Translations under genes and position numbers: made by a program
Notes under the pieces: model-generated
The model's input: the letters and a program-made list of their open reading frames with translations, nothing else
Database searches by the model: none
Told to the model about the DNA's origin: nothing
Shown here: one piece after another, positions 1 through 12,838 of the stretch
Layout of the letters: each line of letters opens with the position of its first letter
Numbering within the stretch: position 1 is the stretch's first letter
Assembly: GCF_006345805.1 (NCBI RefSeq)
Contig: NC_043008.1
Location: 27,404,001 to 27,468,000, forward strand
Length of the DNA: 64,000 nucleotides
Direction of reading: 5' to 3'
Source: Octopus sinensis
Lineage: Eukaryota

Positions 1-43
1 ATAATTATTAGTATTATAATTATATTTATTATTATAATTATTA

Positions 44-137
<94 letters not shown>

Positions 138-165
138 GTTGTTATTATTATTATTATTATTATTA
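1..165. repeat. (ATT)n/(AAT)n microsatellite
   Basis: Near-pure attattatt array; lies at the 3' end of the minus-strand R4-like LINE, where it reads (AAT)n. Confidence 0.95.
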
Positions 166-169
166 CTCA

Positions 170-1045
170 CTATTCTTAATAATATATCGTATTTTAATTG
201 CACTACGGATCACAACTCAGTGTACCTTGATTATGTTCCGTGTTTTGTTTTGGTGTAATCATTTTTTTCTGTATTGAATGTGTTTTACTTAGGATGTATG
301 CAGTGCCTATTATCTGTGTTTTATATGTATTCGTAAGTTTTGTTTAATTATTTGTTAGGATGTTTTTTTAATCAATGTTTAGACTCCACATTTAGGTTTT
401 CTCTAATACCCGACTATTGATTTTGGGGAGTTTATGTGTCTCTTCTAGAAAGAGATTAGAAGGTTTTTTCCTTTCTTGGTGGTTCCTAATATCCGGCGTA
501 TTAGGCTTCATATCCCAAAGGATGGTTGCATTGTCCCACGTTCCGAGGAATTGCGTGGAATATGCTTAAATCACTTTTTTCTGTTGTCATTCCTTTGTGC
601 TGGCATATTATCCAGTGTGCATAGGTCCCAATTCTGTCACGTCTATGAACATATTCCTCCTTAGCCAGCGTTGTGTAGTCAGAGACTATATGATTTTAAT
701 GTTTCCTTTCCACCACCACATATTCTTCAGCTATTTATTTCTCAACTATTGCTGGGATTTTATATTGTCTAATTACTCTCTGTTTAACTTATCCAATTCT
801 TTGCAATGTTCGGGCTTTTCTTGCCATTGTTTTATCATTGTATTTTGCAGCTCCAGATTTAGATTAGGTTTTAGTTGCTTTACTGCTGTTGATTTTCTTC
901 TTTGTCTTCATTGCTGTCAGGTATTGTGACCGCTTTCTTATATTTTGTGGTTTCCGTGAAGACGAAATGCACCTTTTATTTCATTCAGATTTTGTGGTTA
1001 TTTATAACAGCTTCCATTGATCTGAGTTAGATATTTCTGTAGTCA
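170..1045 (-). mobile_element. R4/Dong-clade (RLE) non-LTR retrotransposon, decayed 3' portion
   Basis: Minus-strand translation NHIVSDYTTLAKEEYVHRRDRIGTYAHWIIC and, after a frameshift, NATILWDMKPNTPDI resemble the CCHC knuckle (HIxSxCxxLAxxxYxxRHD) and the ILWD..RPDI start of the restriction-like endonuclease of R4-type elements. Boundaries approximate. Confidence 0.8.
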
Positions 1046-1690
1046 TATGAGGGTCATATGAAAAGTTCATAGGCTGACCAAGATACTCTCATGGAATGTG
1101 ATCAAATGAGGTTTATTTTTCAACTTAGTCACACATGCGGTCCACACATTTCTTCCATTGCTCTTGTAGTGCTTGAATCGCATTTCTGAAAATGCCTTCG
1201 TTCTGCTGGTCAAAGATGTCAATCGCAGATATGACAGCATCATCACTGTGATACAAGTTCACAGCAAAGTTTTATATCATGTTGGGGAACAAATGATAGT
1301 CACCCTCTCTATTCTCCAAATAAGGACAATGGGGAGGGTGATCAACTAGTCCAAAGCCACAGTCATGCACAGCAGCCATTGAAACGAAGGAGTGTTTCAC
1401 GGTATAGATTGCTTCATTGTTTTTGGCTCAAACTTATGAACCTACCACTCATCCTGGTTTAAAAACTTTCAAGCAAACCAGATGGATCTGCCTCAAACAA
1501 CGTCAGATTTTCCCATGATGTGTTCAAACTGGTGCGCTTTTGATCAGGTGCCAGACAACGTGACACTCACTGAGCAGATACCGTTGTTATGTCAGGTTCA
1601 TTCGGCAGATATTCTCAACTCTTTCACAGGATATGCTAACATCATTAGCTATTTGATTTATAGTCAATCACCTGTCATCCAAACCTTGGG
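1046..1690 (-). mobile_element. mariner-family DNA transposon fragment inserted in the R4-like LINE
   Basis: TIR-like end gagggtcatatgaaaagttcataggctgacc at about 1049; minus-strand peptides DDRxLTINQIANDVSISCERVEN, VSAQxVSRCLAPDQKRT (decayed WVPRLL motif) and a C-terminal WKKCV..YVEK-like remnant. Confidence 0.8.
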
Positions 1691-3470
1691 TAAACTTCAC
1701 GAGATTATAAAATCCTTTCCTATGCTCTATCCATGCCGTAGTCGCGTTTTTGTTTACCGCGCTAATTTTCCAAAATAATTTCCTTTATGAGAAATCGGTC
1801 ATTGCACTCATATGAATTTAATTTACAACACTTTTTTGCTTGTGGAAGGATAGAATTCTGCTCAAGGAAATTGTATATTCTTTCGTTTATTTTGAATCTT
1901 ACATGAGGTATTGAGACATGCTATTGTCTGGTAATTCGTCGGGTTTTGTTTATCAGTTTTTGGTAATAGATCGATATTTTCTTCAGTCAATAAAGCATCT
2001 GGGAGATGCAGTGAGATTTTTGTGTACTTCTATCGAACAATTCAGTCAGGAGTTAAGTATGTACTCCACCCCTGAGGATTTCTATTTGCAAGACTTTTCA
2101 AAGTGCCCACTGAAATTCTTTTGTTCCTGTTGGCCCCATTCTTCAATTGATTTAGTCCGTCTTGTTCACGTTCTATCCAGTCACCCTCAGGATTAAAGCT
2201 CTTTTGCGTTGCTTCTATATTTTTCCAGAACTCTTCCACCACATCAATTTTAGCTAGTTCCTTTACCGCTGTTTTACTTTTGCTAATCTCCCTAAAAATG
2301 TTCTTTGCATCGGTTTTAGACATTGTTTTTAGCGATAAAATACCTTCTTAAGTTATTGGGCTTTCAACTATATACACTGTTTCAATAGTTCCTTAGCTGC
2401 AAGGAGGGTTATAAAATCTTCGATTTTGTATTTTTGTTTGGTTGGTTTGTCTAACTTATTTTAATGTTTACTCATGTAGCAGTTTATCTTGAACTAATAC
2501 ACCAACGTACAGAGATTCAATCCCTGTGTATTTCTACTTTCCACTTAGGATGTTTCTTGACTTGGTCTTTTTCTTTATAATCTTAATACCTAGCTAAGTA
2601 GTTATTAATTTACAAGTGGGATAGATAAGATTAGTTATGATTACTACATCAATCCACTTATCTCTTAAGATCTGTCGTAGAGCAACGTTATATACAATGA
2701 TATTGTTGTTATTCATTGCGTCATTTGTAAACCTTAATTACAGTTCCCCATTAAGCTTGTCAGTGAACTCAATCGTGTTAAGCTCTCTCATAACCCTGCT
2801 TTTGCTTCTGTAATGTTTTTTTCTGTTATTATCTATTTTGGTATTCTTGAAGTAGCCCTACGTTTTGCTCTATTTTCACATTTCCTATCTCCGCCATTCT
2901 TTGTTCAATTTCATCGTTACTAAGATTTACTGTTTTGAAACTAGGCTATATGTTTCTGTTACCTATTTCAGTTACTTGGCTGCTATTTTCATTTGGCTTA
3001 CTTTCAAATATATGCGTTGTAATTTGGCAAATTTCAGTGTCAGGTAATCTTTTGTTCTTAATGTAATCTGTATCTACTGTACTTACCCTAGTTGCATCTA
3101 TATATATTCGTACTTCATTGCTTACTAAATTTCGCAATGGGGTTACTATCTAAATTTGATTGGGCTGTATAAAAAGCTTTTAAAACATATGTGTAACACT
3201 CTCTCGTTCATGTTATGCGTTGTGCTTATGGTGGTGTTTTTGGTAGCCTCACTTCATCTCTACAGTTAGGATTTTTTTAATTCTTGTTACCAGGTAGAAC
3301 GTCTTTTTGAGAGTTAGTGATCAGCAGACTTTTGGATCCTCGTGTGGTCGATGACCAATCTGGCATGAATTTTAAATTGTTTTCTATAAAACATTGGCGC
3401 CGCTCATTAGGAGACTGGCCTGTCGGATGTTTTTTGTTTTCTTCTAACCAGAAATCTTAAATAGAAAATT
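1691..3470 (-). mobile_element. R4/Dong-clade non-LTR retrotransposon, decayed 5' portion (N-terminus to start of RT)
   Basis: ORF 2946-3137 (YIDATRV..IKNKRLPDTEI) and ORF 2042-2323 (VEEFWKNI..SFNPEGDWIERE) match R4 N-terminal regions; NATTAWIEHRKGFYNLV resembles RT motif AWIDYKKAFDSV. Most of the RT core is absent across the mariner junction. Confidence 0.75.
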
Positions 3471-3629
3471 TAAAAATATATAAATTTTATATAGTTTTGC
3501 ATACTGGTGACGAATATCGCAGCTACATTTGTTGAGAAATTTATTTTTAGCCAATTTCAAGGCAGTGTTCTCATAGTGGATTTAGACACTGTTTCTTGTC
3601 ATGACAACTCTAGTTGTTTAAGTATAATG

Positions 3630-3765
3630 TGAATGAGTTCAGAAAATCTGCCGAATGAACCTGACAGGGCAAAAGTTTCTGCTCAGTGGGTGTCACGTTG
3701 TCTGACACCTGATCAAAAGCGCACCAGTTTGATGATATCACTGGAAAATCTGACGTTTTTTGTCA
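3630..3765 (+). mobile_element. mariner fragment, inverted paralogue of about 1505-1630
   Basis: gagttcagaaaatctgccgaatgaacctgac..ctgctcagtgggtgtcacgttgtctgacacctgatcaaaagcgcaccagtttg is closely similar to the reverse complement of about 1505-1625. Confidence 0.8.
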
Positions 3766-3769
3766 TCTA

Positions 3770-4330
3770 CTTGGCTTTGTAAGGATGAATTAGAGATTGG
3801 TATCACTAACTTTGTAGGCTATAATATTTATTTACATGCGATTGGCTCCTCAAGCCAATGAAGATTGACTATGGTCCCAACAGAATTGCTGAAATAGATG
3901 AAGCTATAATTTCGAGGAGAAAAACAACCAGAGTTCGAATGCTACCCGAACAATAGGTTTTTCTGCAGTGTGTGTCGCGAAACACGAGATGTTTTCTTTT
4001 CGCTGTACCTTCTCTAAGTCGTCATACACTCGTAAATTGCATTCAACAATCAATTATCCTAAAAACTGATATTTACTGGGACCTGTCGCGCACAAAATCA
4101 CATATTCTCGAGATACAAGGATACTAATTTCGTTATAGAATAGTGAAACACGACGTTAAAACTATAAATTCACAAGTCGAATCCCATGCTCAACAACGAT
4201 AAGGACATACGCCTTTGTCAAGTAGGGGAATAAACAGCGCTATGCCACTCAGAGTTCAACGGCGGACTCATATCAGCGAATTTAAGCGGCAATCGAAAAA
4301 TACTATCGCTTCAAAGAAAAATGTTAAATT
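3770..4330 (+). mobile_element. Merlin (IS1595/ISXO2-like) DNA transposon relic
   Basis: Translation CDWLLKPMKIDYGPNRIAEIDEAIISRRKTTRVRMLPEQxVF..TRCFLFAV and GNKQRYATQ..DSYISEFKRQ resembles Merlin KIGGPGxIVEIDESKFGRRKYxRGR..WVFG and RYGT..YLxEFxWR. Several stops and frameshifts. Confidence 0.7.
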
Positions 4331-6765
4331 TTGTCGTTCGTTACTTTTGTTGCAATATTCATCTTGGTTGCTATTTTTGGTGCGATCGAAATAGTTTTGC
4401 AATCATCGCAATAAGTGCATATAAATATAAACCTTCAAGTTTTTGGAGAATATTGAATACGATGCACATTTTCTTTCGTTAAATTCCATGTAAAAATAAA
4501 TTGAATTCTTTGATTTTAAAGAAAAATTGAATTGTTGTTTTAACTCATTTGTTTAAGCTTAAAATTCCAAAATGTTTTCAGTTTCAAATATTCACTATTC
4601 TTTCAACTTTTACTTTTAAATTCAAAATCTTGATAAACAACGATACACTGGTGCTGTCTTGGCAACAAACAGTTTCGTCTTCCGCTTGTGAAGGCGAACT
4701 TATTTTAATGGCTAAAATTATATAACTTTAATTACTTCTAACTTCTTTACTATTCAATTTTTGGAAAAATAAAACAAAGTCGATTTTCGTTATTAGCCTG
4801 CAAAACTACATCCGTGGGGAAATGTTGAAAACAATCTATTGAAAATTGAAGTATCTTCAAGTAGCAGAAAGAAATTAAAGAAGATCTGACCCATCTGTTT
4901 AAAATTAAGTTTTTGATAGAACACGGCTTCTGAGATTTTTGGACGGACATGATTCTCACGGTGCAATTGCATAAGACTTTTAAAACGAAATTCGCCTTCT
5001 GTAGAGACATTTTCAGGCATACCTGTTTATTTTTATTTTAAGCTTAGTGATTATTTACTCTTTAGTTCGTGGACAATCGTCTTGTTTTTGTTGTTCTGCT
5101 TCGTTTCCGACATGTGCGCGCATGTGTGTGCTTATCGAGTTAACATTATTCACGCTGTTTATAAGCATTAGCATGTGTACATGTATATGTAAACAGTTCG
5201 ATGTATACGTAATTAATTAATGCACGCTTTTAGTGTGTATTTAATTTTTTTCTACTCGGAGTTTCTGATGTTGGTTTCCATTTTAGCACATGCAAGTTGT
5301 ATGATGGACGATGAAGTGAGATATTTCTACAAAACGAGCCCGTTTGAACATATTATAAATCATTTTAATACATCATGTGCAATAAAAAATAAATGATTTA
5401 AACCATAATGGCACATAGCTGAAAAATGTAAGGTGACGTATTTTCACCAACATTCATTATTATCTTACTCCGTATTTCTAATGAAGCTTCGAGGAATCTG
5501 TTCGGTTGGATGGTATGAGGAGAAAATACTATTGCTAGCTACCGGCACAAGAAACTGATGTATCGTTGAAGCGCACGTTGAAAATAACTATGTTATAACA
5601 AACTGAGATACCAAAAGCATTAGTCAAGTTTCATATCATGAAATTAGGTACCTATTGTTTATTCAAAACCTTGTTAATACGTAACGTAGTTGTAGATAAA
5701 ATAAGTGAAGAGGAAGAGACTGGGTTTATATTGCGTAGCTTGTAATAAATAAAGAGGTGGTGTCTCAAGTAATATAAAAATGCAATGCAAATATTGCTGA
5801 GTTTGAGATATTTATTTAAAAGCCTGACAGTTTTGATAGCTTGAATTGAATAGGTCTAAAGTATCTGTTATTTGGGTTTTTTGGGTAAAAGAAAACTTAA
5901 CAAAATTATATAGTTATATTCCTTGGAAGTTGTTCTCTTACTCCTTTTTATTTTGGCCCCAAATGCAAAACTATTTCAACAGAGGTAGTCGATTCATGCT
6001 GAATTTTACAACTTAATGTTTTACGTATATACCCTCTAATGTCTTTAAAAGTAAAAAATAATTATAATTGATTTTTTTTTTACAATATAACAAAAGACAG
6101 AATTACATTACATCTGAGATTTAGTTAAATAGAATGGTAGTTAATTTACATGATATTTCGTCGTTGAAAAGCTACTTTCGAAACGGAATAAACAACATCA
6201 ATGACCTCTATGCCTTTTATTTCTATTTCTATATAATGCGTGATACAAATATCTATAGTATGTTTTAAACAAATATATTCAGACTAAAGGATTTTCTACC
6301 AGGTGTTGTTAAATGTCAGTCGGAGATTTTCTCTAGCATTCGAGTAACGCGACTGGTTCCATTGTATGGTATACAAAGAAAATACAGAGGAAATCCGTTA
6401 CGCTAGAGACTGCAACAACTCCACGTTTATTGGAACCTTTCAGAAAATAGTGATATCTGTCTCACTTCCTTCCTCTCCCCCTCACACACAGAGGCACACA
6501 CGAACGCATACACTCGTATATAATAAAGAAAAGTTAGTCAGAGTTAATGAAAGTAACGTTTGATGAGGTGACAACCAGTTTAAAAATTTGCATCAATATC
6601 TATATATCTGGGGCTTGAGACGCAACCTGTGTGTTTGCTAAAGTGAGTAAACACTTTTTGCTTTATAGCAATATTACATATATGTTGCAAACGACAGACA
6701 ATGCGTTTCAGTTGAATATCTTCATAAATGGTTGTGATTTCTTGAGTGTGTTTGTGTATGTGTCT

Positions 6766-6797
<32 letters not shown>

Positions 6798-7149
6798 CAG
6801 AGAGAGAAAGGAAAGAAAAAGAGGGGGGAATGTGTGCATATGTATTACATAGTGACTGCTCGATAAATCCCAAAACACTCATTTATACGTTCATAAATAC
6901 CTGCGAAAATAAAATATACAAACATAGCAGAAAATAGTTCTTGGTAATATCCCAAATTAATAATGTGCAAAAGGAGATTGCTTAGGAAATATGTAAAGAA
7001 ATTTTCCTTGACATTTTTTTTTAAAAGACAAAAGAGGAAGGAGCTCGTCCTATAAAATCTATTCAGAACAAAGAATGTTTTCCTTTTTTATATGAATATG
7101 TTATAGCTGGAGTTTCTTTAGCCTGAGTTATTTAGTTTTGATAGCCGTT

Positions 7150-7900
7150 CTTTTAATAACAAGACTGCTCATATCTAAATGATCATATCTTGTCTTGTTT
7201 GATCTGGCTTATTTTGGGGCAGGTCCTGTGCATGTGTACCTTCTCCAGCCCTATCTAACATGAACTGTCTTCTTGTTGCGTATTTTACTTTCCTTTTCAA
7301 GATGGTATCCATCAAACATCACTTCTCCCCACCTCTCCCAGAAATTTCTTTATTGCTTACAGCTGACCTTCTATACAATATAATGTATCATATTTTAGAA
7401 ATTTGTAGAAAGACAAAATATTTAATTTGCTGTTCCCGTACATTCTTAGAAGTTCGCTTCGAGAGATTTTCATCATTCTAGACAAATTATTTGTTGTTTG
7501 GTAATTTTCGATTGTTTAGAATGTGTTTCAGTTTTGGCTGATGTAATTTCTCTCACATTGATGCAGGAAATGCAATGTGAAGAAATTTATTGTTTTTGTA
7601 CACCTTTATCGTGAGAGCACATCTGTTTTTATATTTCAACCCGTGCAGTTTCCATCTGTCTCCAATGAATATTCCATAACTTGTCTCCCAATAATTTTTT
7701 TACAGAAGATTCCGAGATAGTTTGGAAGTCTATTTTGCACAATTGTAAGAAGAGTTTCATCAACAAGTCTCTTGAGTGCTAGAGTAAATGATTGACAATA
7801 CACAAATAAGTGGCACAAAAAACAACAGTAAACAGGGGGTAATGCTTTGATATTTGCGGGCAAAAGCAAATTCACGGATTCTCCTTTCTACAAGGGTCAA
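7150..7900 (-). mobile_element. probable piggyBac (PGBD4-like) transposase relic
   Basis: Ordered weak matches on the minus strand: GESVNLLLP (cf. GENITIDEQLFP), NRLPNYLG (NGFPYLG), TGxNIKTD (TGRNITTD), LSFYKFLKYD (SFYNxTKYGVD), NKEISG. Heavily decayed. Confidence 0.4.
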
Positions 7901-8349
7901 AGAAAGTACTGAAAGAAGTATGTCGACACGGTGAGACGTATTTAAAAATTCTCTGTGTCTTAATAACACTGCGCGTCACGAAAAGAACAAGTGAAGCAAA
8001 AGTCATTAATTATAAGCAGAGAGTACTTTGAAAGTATCCTTTGTATACAAGTAGAGATGTTCTTCCAAATTTCTCGAAGAGTTAAATAAAATACTATTTA
8101 ATACGTCATATGTAAACAAACATGTTTGTTTTCGAAGCGTTGAAATGTATTCTAGAACAAGTAGAAAGATATATTCTTTTGCTTGCGGGCAAATTCTTCT
8201 GCTCTTAAAAAGGATTTTATCCTTTATCTATACTGCTCAGTACGTACGTGCTGAAAAATAAAATATTTTTCTACTTGTTCTACTATTTAATACATATTTA
8301 GATCTATGCATCTAGCACTTGACAGGCTACCTCTGCATCAAGGTTGACT

Positions 8350-8640
8350 CTTAGTGAGAAAAAAGAAAACAGAAGAAAGAAGGGAAGTAGGAAGAGAAGA
8401 AGAAGAAAAGAAAAAGAATGGAAGCAGGGGGAGGAGAAAAAGGGAAGTAGGAGGAGAAGCAGAAGTAGAAGAAGCAGTAGTAGTAGAAGAAGGAGAAGTA
8501 GAAGAAGCAGTAGTGGTAGTAGTAATAGTAGAAGAAGAAGAAGAAGAAGAAGAAGGAGAAGAAGAAGAAGAAGAAGAAGAAGAAGAAGAAGAAGAAGAAG
8601 AAGAAGAAGAAGAAGAAGAAGAAGAAGAAGAAGAAGAAAG
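8350..8640. repeat. purine-rich (GAA)n microsatellite
   Basis: Degenerate GAA/GTA repeats 8350-8530, then a near-pure (GAA)n run to about 8639; explains the poly-L/R/F/E ORFs in the track. Confidence 0.95.
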
Positions 8641-10119
8641 TGTTGTACAGCAGGACGACAGAGAATATAAGTAAAAAGGAAAGAATAAAAAATGTCAACG
8701 ATCATCATTGTTGATCAACAGCTATCACAATTCTGACGTCGTTTCGATAGCAATGTTAAATTTGGTGTGTCAAGAGCATAAGTTACTAAGATATCATTGA
8801 TTGAACATGAAAGTCGAGCAACAAGAAATAGAACTGCAAGTGCAAATAGAAGATGAGTTCTCTAGACTGAACGGTGAAAAAGAAAACGGAGAAATGAGAA
8901 GAACGGGAAATATATGAAGCGAAAAATTGTAACGAAAAAATATACGCTATAAACGCCTCAGATATTGTACACATACAAAGCCTTTCGGTTGTGCAAGGCA
9001 TGTGCAAATTTTGAGTGAAATATTATACACGTAATATTTAGCTGAAGTATTAAAAAAAGCACGTACAGATTAATGTTCTATGAATTCGAAAACCTGTGAT
9101 TCAATATTTATCTACTGATTTCTCAATATGTGGGCATGGAAACATTCTAACACGTATTTATACAACATCAGTGTTGAATGTTCATTAAACTTCCTTAATA
9201 TTCTGTTCACATTAATATCATACTTGTTTTAAAACTGCTTTTGAAATTTTAATCAATATTCTATATTAATTTAATTGCTTACATTGTATCTAATTAGATA
9301 TTTTAATGTAGTTATTGTACCGGTGATAAATGAACTTGTTAAAATTTGTAAAGCTTTTAAAGTGTTTAAAGGAAAAGGTGGTGTATAAAGTCATTTATTC
9401 TCTATTCCACAATTCTCAATTCAACAATTGTGTGATTACGGCTTAACACCGACAGACCTGATTTATCACACGTATAACAGCGAGGGTATATTTATGTGGT
9501 CTTTCCAAACATCATACTTATGAAAGCCATTCTTATTTATTTTGATGCAATATGTCCTGTATATTAATAAATGTTTTCCTAATTTGATGTTGAAGACAGA
9601 AATTTGTGTTTCGAAAATAGTTCGAGTCAGTTTACAAAATAGAAGCCTCGTTAAAGAAGTATATTTTTCTTAATATTAGACATACAAAGAAACAGGAAAA
9701 AATCGGGAATGCGATTTATATCTTCTGCAGAAACTAGTATCTGCAATTCCAAAATGATTCCAGTCCCGTTGACTTGTGGGGCGGACCTCACCTATATATT
9801 CTCCAGAATGGCTAGATCTGTTACTGAATCACGCTGAATTAGTACGTTCTTGACTCGAATTCCATTTAACCTTTTACCCATATAATAGTGAGTCATAAAA
9901 ATGGTCTGGAATGTGCAAGGAACAGCTGCCATTCTTCTGAGTTCTTGCTCGCTGTGGCATACAGCAGTATCCATCTCGTATTATTCACCTTTATATATGT
10001 GTAGCACATATACATGGAATCATTTTTCTTTCATTTCCAAAGATCATTCCCTTAAAATGACAAAATAATCTGCTAGGTAAACGCGGTCCTTAAATCCATT
10101 CTAAAGGAAAACAAACTAA

Positions 10120-10830
10120 ACATCACGTCCTTAAATGAGGCACTTTATGCTGTCGTACCAGAATGTGTGGGTACAACTGAAAAGAAATCGTGGAAAATCC
10201 ACATAAAGGACTAATGAGGCAAAAAATAATCAAGGACCAAATGAATGCCATTCGGTCTAATATAGAAACATTGAAAAACTTGGGCAACTGCCAAATTATA
10301 AAACTATCTAAGAGGAGAAAGTTATTGCGATAGTATGAATTGAAGTTAGAAGAGCAGTTTGCTGAAATGGTGGTGAAGTTAAAGTGAAAGGTGCAGGCAA
10401 AAGCTGAACGTATATGCTGCTTCCAAAATCGTTCCAGGTCCATCAAAGACACCAGCATGTTAATAGTAGAGTGATGTTATATAAGCGAAAGAACATCACC
10501 AAAATAGGAGAGCCCCCACTAAGAATACGATATACTGGAGACTTGAAGAAACTTTGGGCAGATTTAAAGGGACACAACTGTGATGCCCTATGGATTAATA
10601 GATAAAAGGAAGACATCGGTTTATAGAAGAGCAAATATGGGAACAGGTAAGTGAAGAAAATGTCAGGTTAACATAGAAAAGTTCAGTAAATGGAAGTTTT
10701 CTGGTATGGAGGAGCTTCCAATGTTCTTACAAACTCACTTGTTACAAGGAAATTATGAACGAGCTGCAGATGATTTTTAGTCCCCAGAAATGATGAGACA
10801 AAAACACGAAGAACAACATATCCTCAACAT
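10120..10830 (+). mobile_element. R4/Dong-clade LINE fragment (N-terminal ORF region)
   Basis: Peptides LNEALYAVV, KLKxKVQAKAERICCFQNRS, ITKIGEPP, KKLWADLKGHNCDALWINR and EEQIWEQVSEENV parallel the R4 motifs LKQKLQAKAQRIRRY..KPP..FWxxIW..HN..AxWI..EQxW. Confidence 0.65.
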
Positions 10831-10832
10831 AC

Positions 10833-10960
10833 ATTCTTCTTCTTCTTCTTCTTCTTCTTCTTCTTCTTCTTCTTCTTCTTCTTCTTCTTCTTCTTCTTCT
10901 TCTTCTTCTTCTTCTTCTTCTTCTTCTTCTTCTTCTTCTTCTTCTTCTTCTTCTTCTTCT
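10833..10960. repeat. pure (TTC)n microsatellite
   Basis: About 42 uninterrupted TTC units. Confidence 0.97.
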
Positions 10961-12136
10961 TTATATCAAGTAAATGCACCTAACCGTGCAGGTGAGGCTA
11001 GTTAGGAATATTTTCAGGTTAAGTAGCCCCTCCCGCTCAAAAGAATCGTTTAAGGGTGATAAATGAAACGGTAACATCTCCAGTGTTAATAATTCAAAAC
11101 CCAAAGATTTCCTGTCAAAACATAGCTATGATGCCCCCCCCCCACTACGCCTGCTTGGATTGGAGATGCCGAAGTACATACAACTATATTGGTAATATTT
11201 CCAAGCCAAGCTTCTTACTTTCAGCAGTTGTCTGTCACTGGTAAATACATTTTAATTAATTTTCAACATAACCGTTAAGCAATTTGTACAACACGTTATA
11301 TAGTAAACAATGCTGACCTAGATATGTAAGCCCCTTCTTACATTATTGATCCTATTATTATCCCTAGTCTTTTTATGGGTCATCTGATGCTGAATTAGTA
11401 GAACATTCATGAAGAGATGTAGATAATAATACATGTCGGAATTTTACAAGCTGTAACTACTTTACAAACATGGTGTTTTGTGATTTAAAATTTACCATAA
11501 TAACTACTTACAACTTACCAGGAACTATGTAGTGACCTGGCCACTACATATAAACCGACATCATGTTCAAATCTTTACCAATATAACATATGCTGATATG
11601 AAACAGCCAAGTGTTTACGTGATCACAATAACATATATTAAATTACACACACACATACACACACTATTATGTATCTATATGAATAAATGTATGCATGTAT
11701 GTGAGAATTTAGTACATACATACGCATATAAGTACATGTACACAAATGTGTGTATGTGTGTGTGCGTGTCTATCCCCAAAATATGTATATTTAGAGTAGC
11801 TTTGCAATGAATTGAAATATAAAGTCCACATGGAATAAAAATATAACTGAGACAGATTAAATTTACTCCGATTTACTGAATTTACCGTACGTTTTTTTTT
11901 ATTTACGCAGATCGTTATTCATGCCTGCAAACACGCATTAGCGATTCACATATATAGAGTGGAATAGTTTTATATTTCAAATAATGAAGAAATTTTCTTA
12001 TGGAGTGTTGGAATATTCGGGCACAGATTTCACCACTGCAGTATTTTCCTCACAGTCGTAATTCACCTAGAAACTTCACTGATTATAAATGTTCATGCCA
12101 TAAAATTCCGGAACATATTCCAAACTTAGAAGCGAT

Positions 12137-12838
12137 TTGGACGGAATCTATATTCTCTATGAATTATCCGACCAATTCCCGGACATCGGCGGTGGCCTAT
12201 ATCGTGACGATTGTCTGTTTTACCAACAGAATACCCCGAATAGAATGATACAGAAAACTAAAAATAGATCAGCTAGGTTCTTTAGTAGGATGGGCATGAG
12301 CATAGTTTTTGATAACGAACTTACTAAGGCAAATTTCTTAGATGTTACACTAAACCTGCATAGCAATTCTTACTGCCCCTACCATAAACCTTCCACAAAC
12401 TTAAAGTATGTCAGTGTTTTCTCTAATCACGCAAAAACTATAACAGATAATTTAGTTAAAAATATTTCTCAAAGATTATCAAATTTAGCTGCCAAAGTCG
12501 ACATTTTTAAGCATAAAGCGGAATTCTATAATGCCGCCCTGTCAAAAGCCGGTTATAGGGAAAAGGTAACATATATAGACCCGGCCCTTCCGAAACCAGT
12601 ATTCTATCATCAGGATAAGTCAATTTACAATAATATAAATAATATAAGTAGTGATGGTAGCTTTGGGAATGTCGACACAAGTACAACTAACACAAATATA
12701 GATAACATAAATAATTTGCGGTCCATGGGAGACCATCGTAGGCCAAAACCCATTATTCAACCCAGAGATACCCCCCTTAATGTTAGAGTTGACTCTCCGA
12801 GCCAGTACAAGAACAAGAAAAACTATATCTGGTTTTGA
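12137..12838 (+). CDS. PLE reverse transcriptase fragment (YRDD motif and thumb)
   Basis: 233-aa ORF: GGGLYRDDCLF, ANFLDVTLNLHSNSYCPYHKPS, YNAALSKAGY; Asn-rich tail; the IWF..PF motif continues after a stop. Confidence 0.85.
   Translation: MDGIYILYELSDQFPDIGGGLYRDDCLFYQQNTPNRMIQKTKNRSARFFSRMGMSIVFDNELTKANFLDVTLNLHSNSYCPYHKPSTNLKYVSVFSNHAKTITDNLVKNISQRLSNLAAKVDIFKHKAEFYNAALSKAGYREKVTYIDPALPKPVFYHQDKSIYNNINNISSDGSFGNVDTSTTNTNIDNINNLRSMGDHRRPKPIIQPRDTPLNVRVDSPSQYKNKKNYIWF

Noticed and set aside
4750-5640. Protein-like frames with sparse stops (LQNYIRGEMLK.., LRGICSVGWYEEK..)
   Set aside because: No recognisable family and no consistent splice chain; could be chance in AT-rich DNA.
6295-6410. 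Minus-strand frame RNGFPLYFLCIPYNGTSRVTRMLEKNLRLTFNNT
   Set aside because: Weak donor (gtagaa) and no homology recognised.
8304-8708. ORFs of poly-L, poly-R, poly-F and poly-E
   Set aside because: Translations of the (GAA)n microsatellite, not genes.
9585-9640. TTGAAGA..GAAA hammerhead-like string
   Set aside because: No stem I and no valid cleavage triplet.
10790-11005. Poly-Ser ORF
   Set aside because: Translation of (TTC)n.
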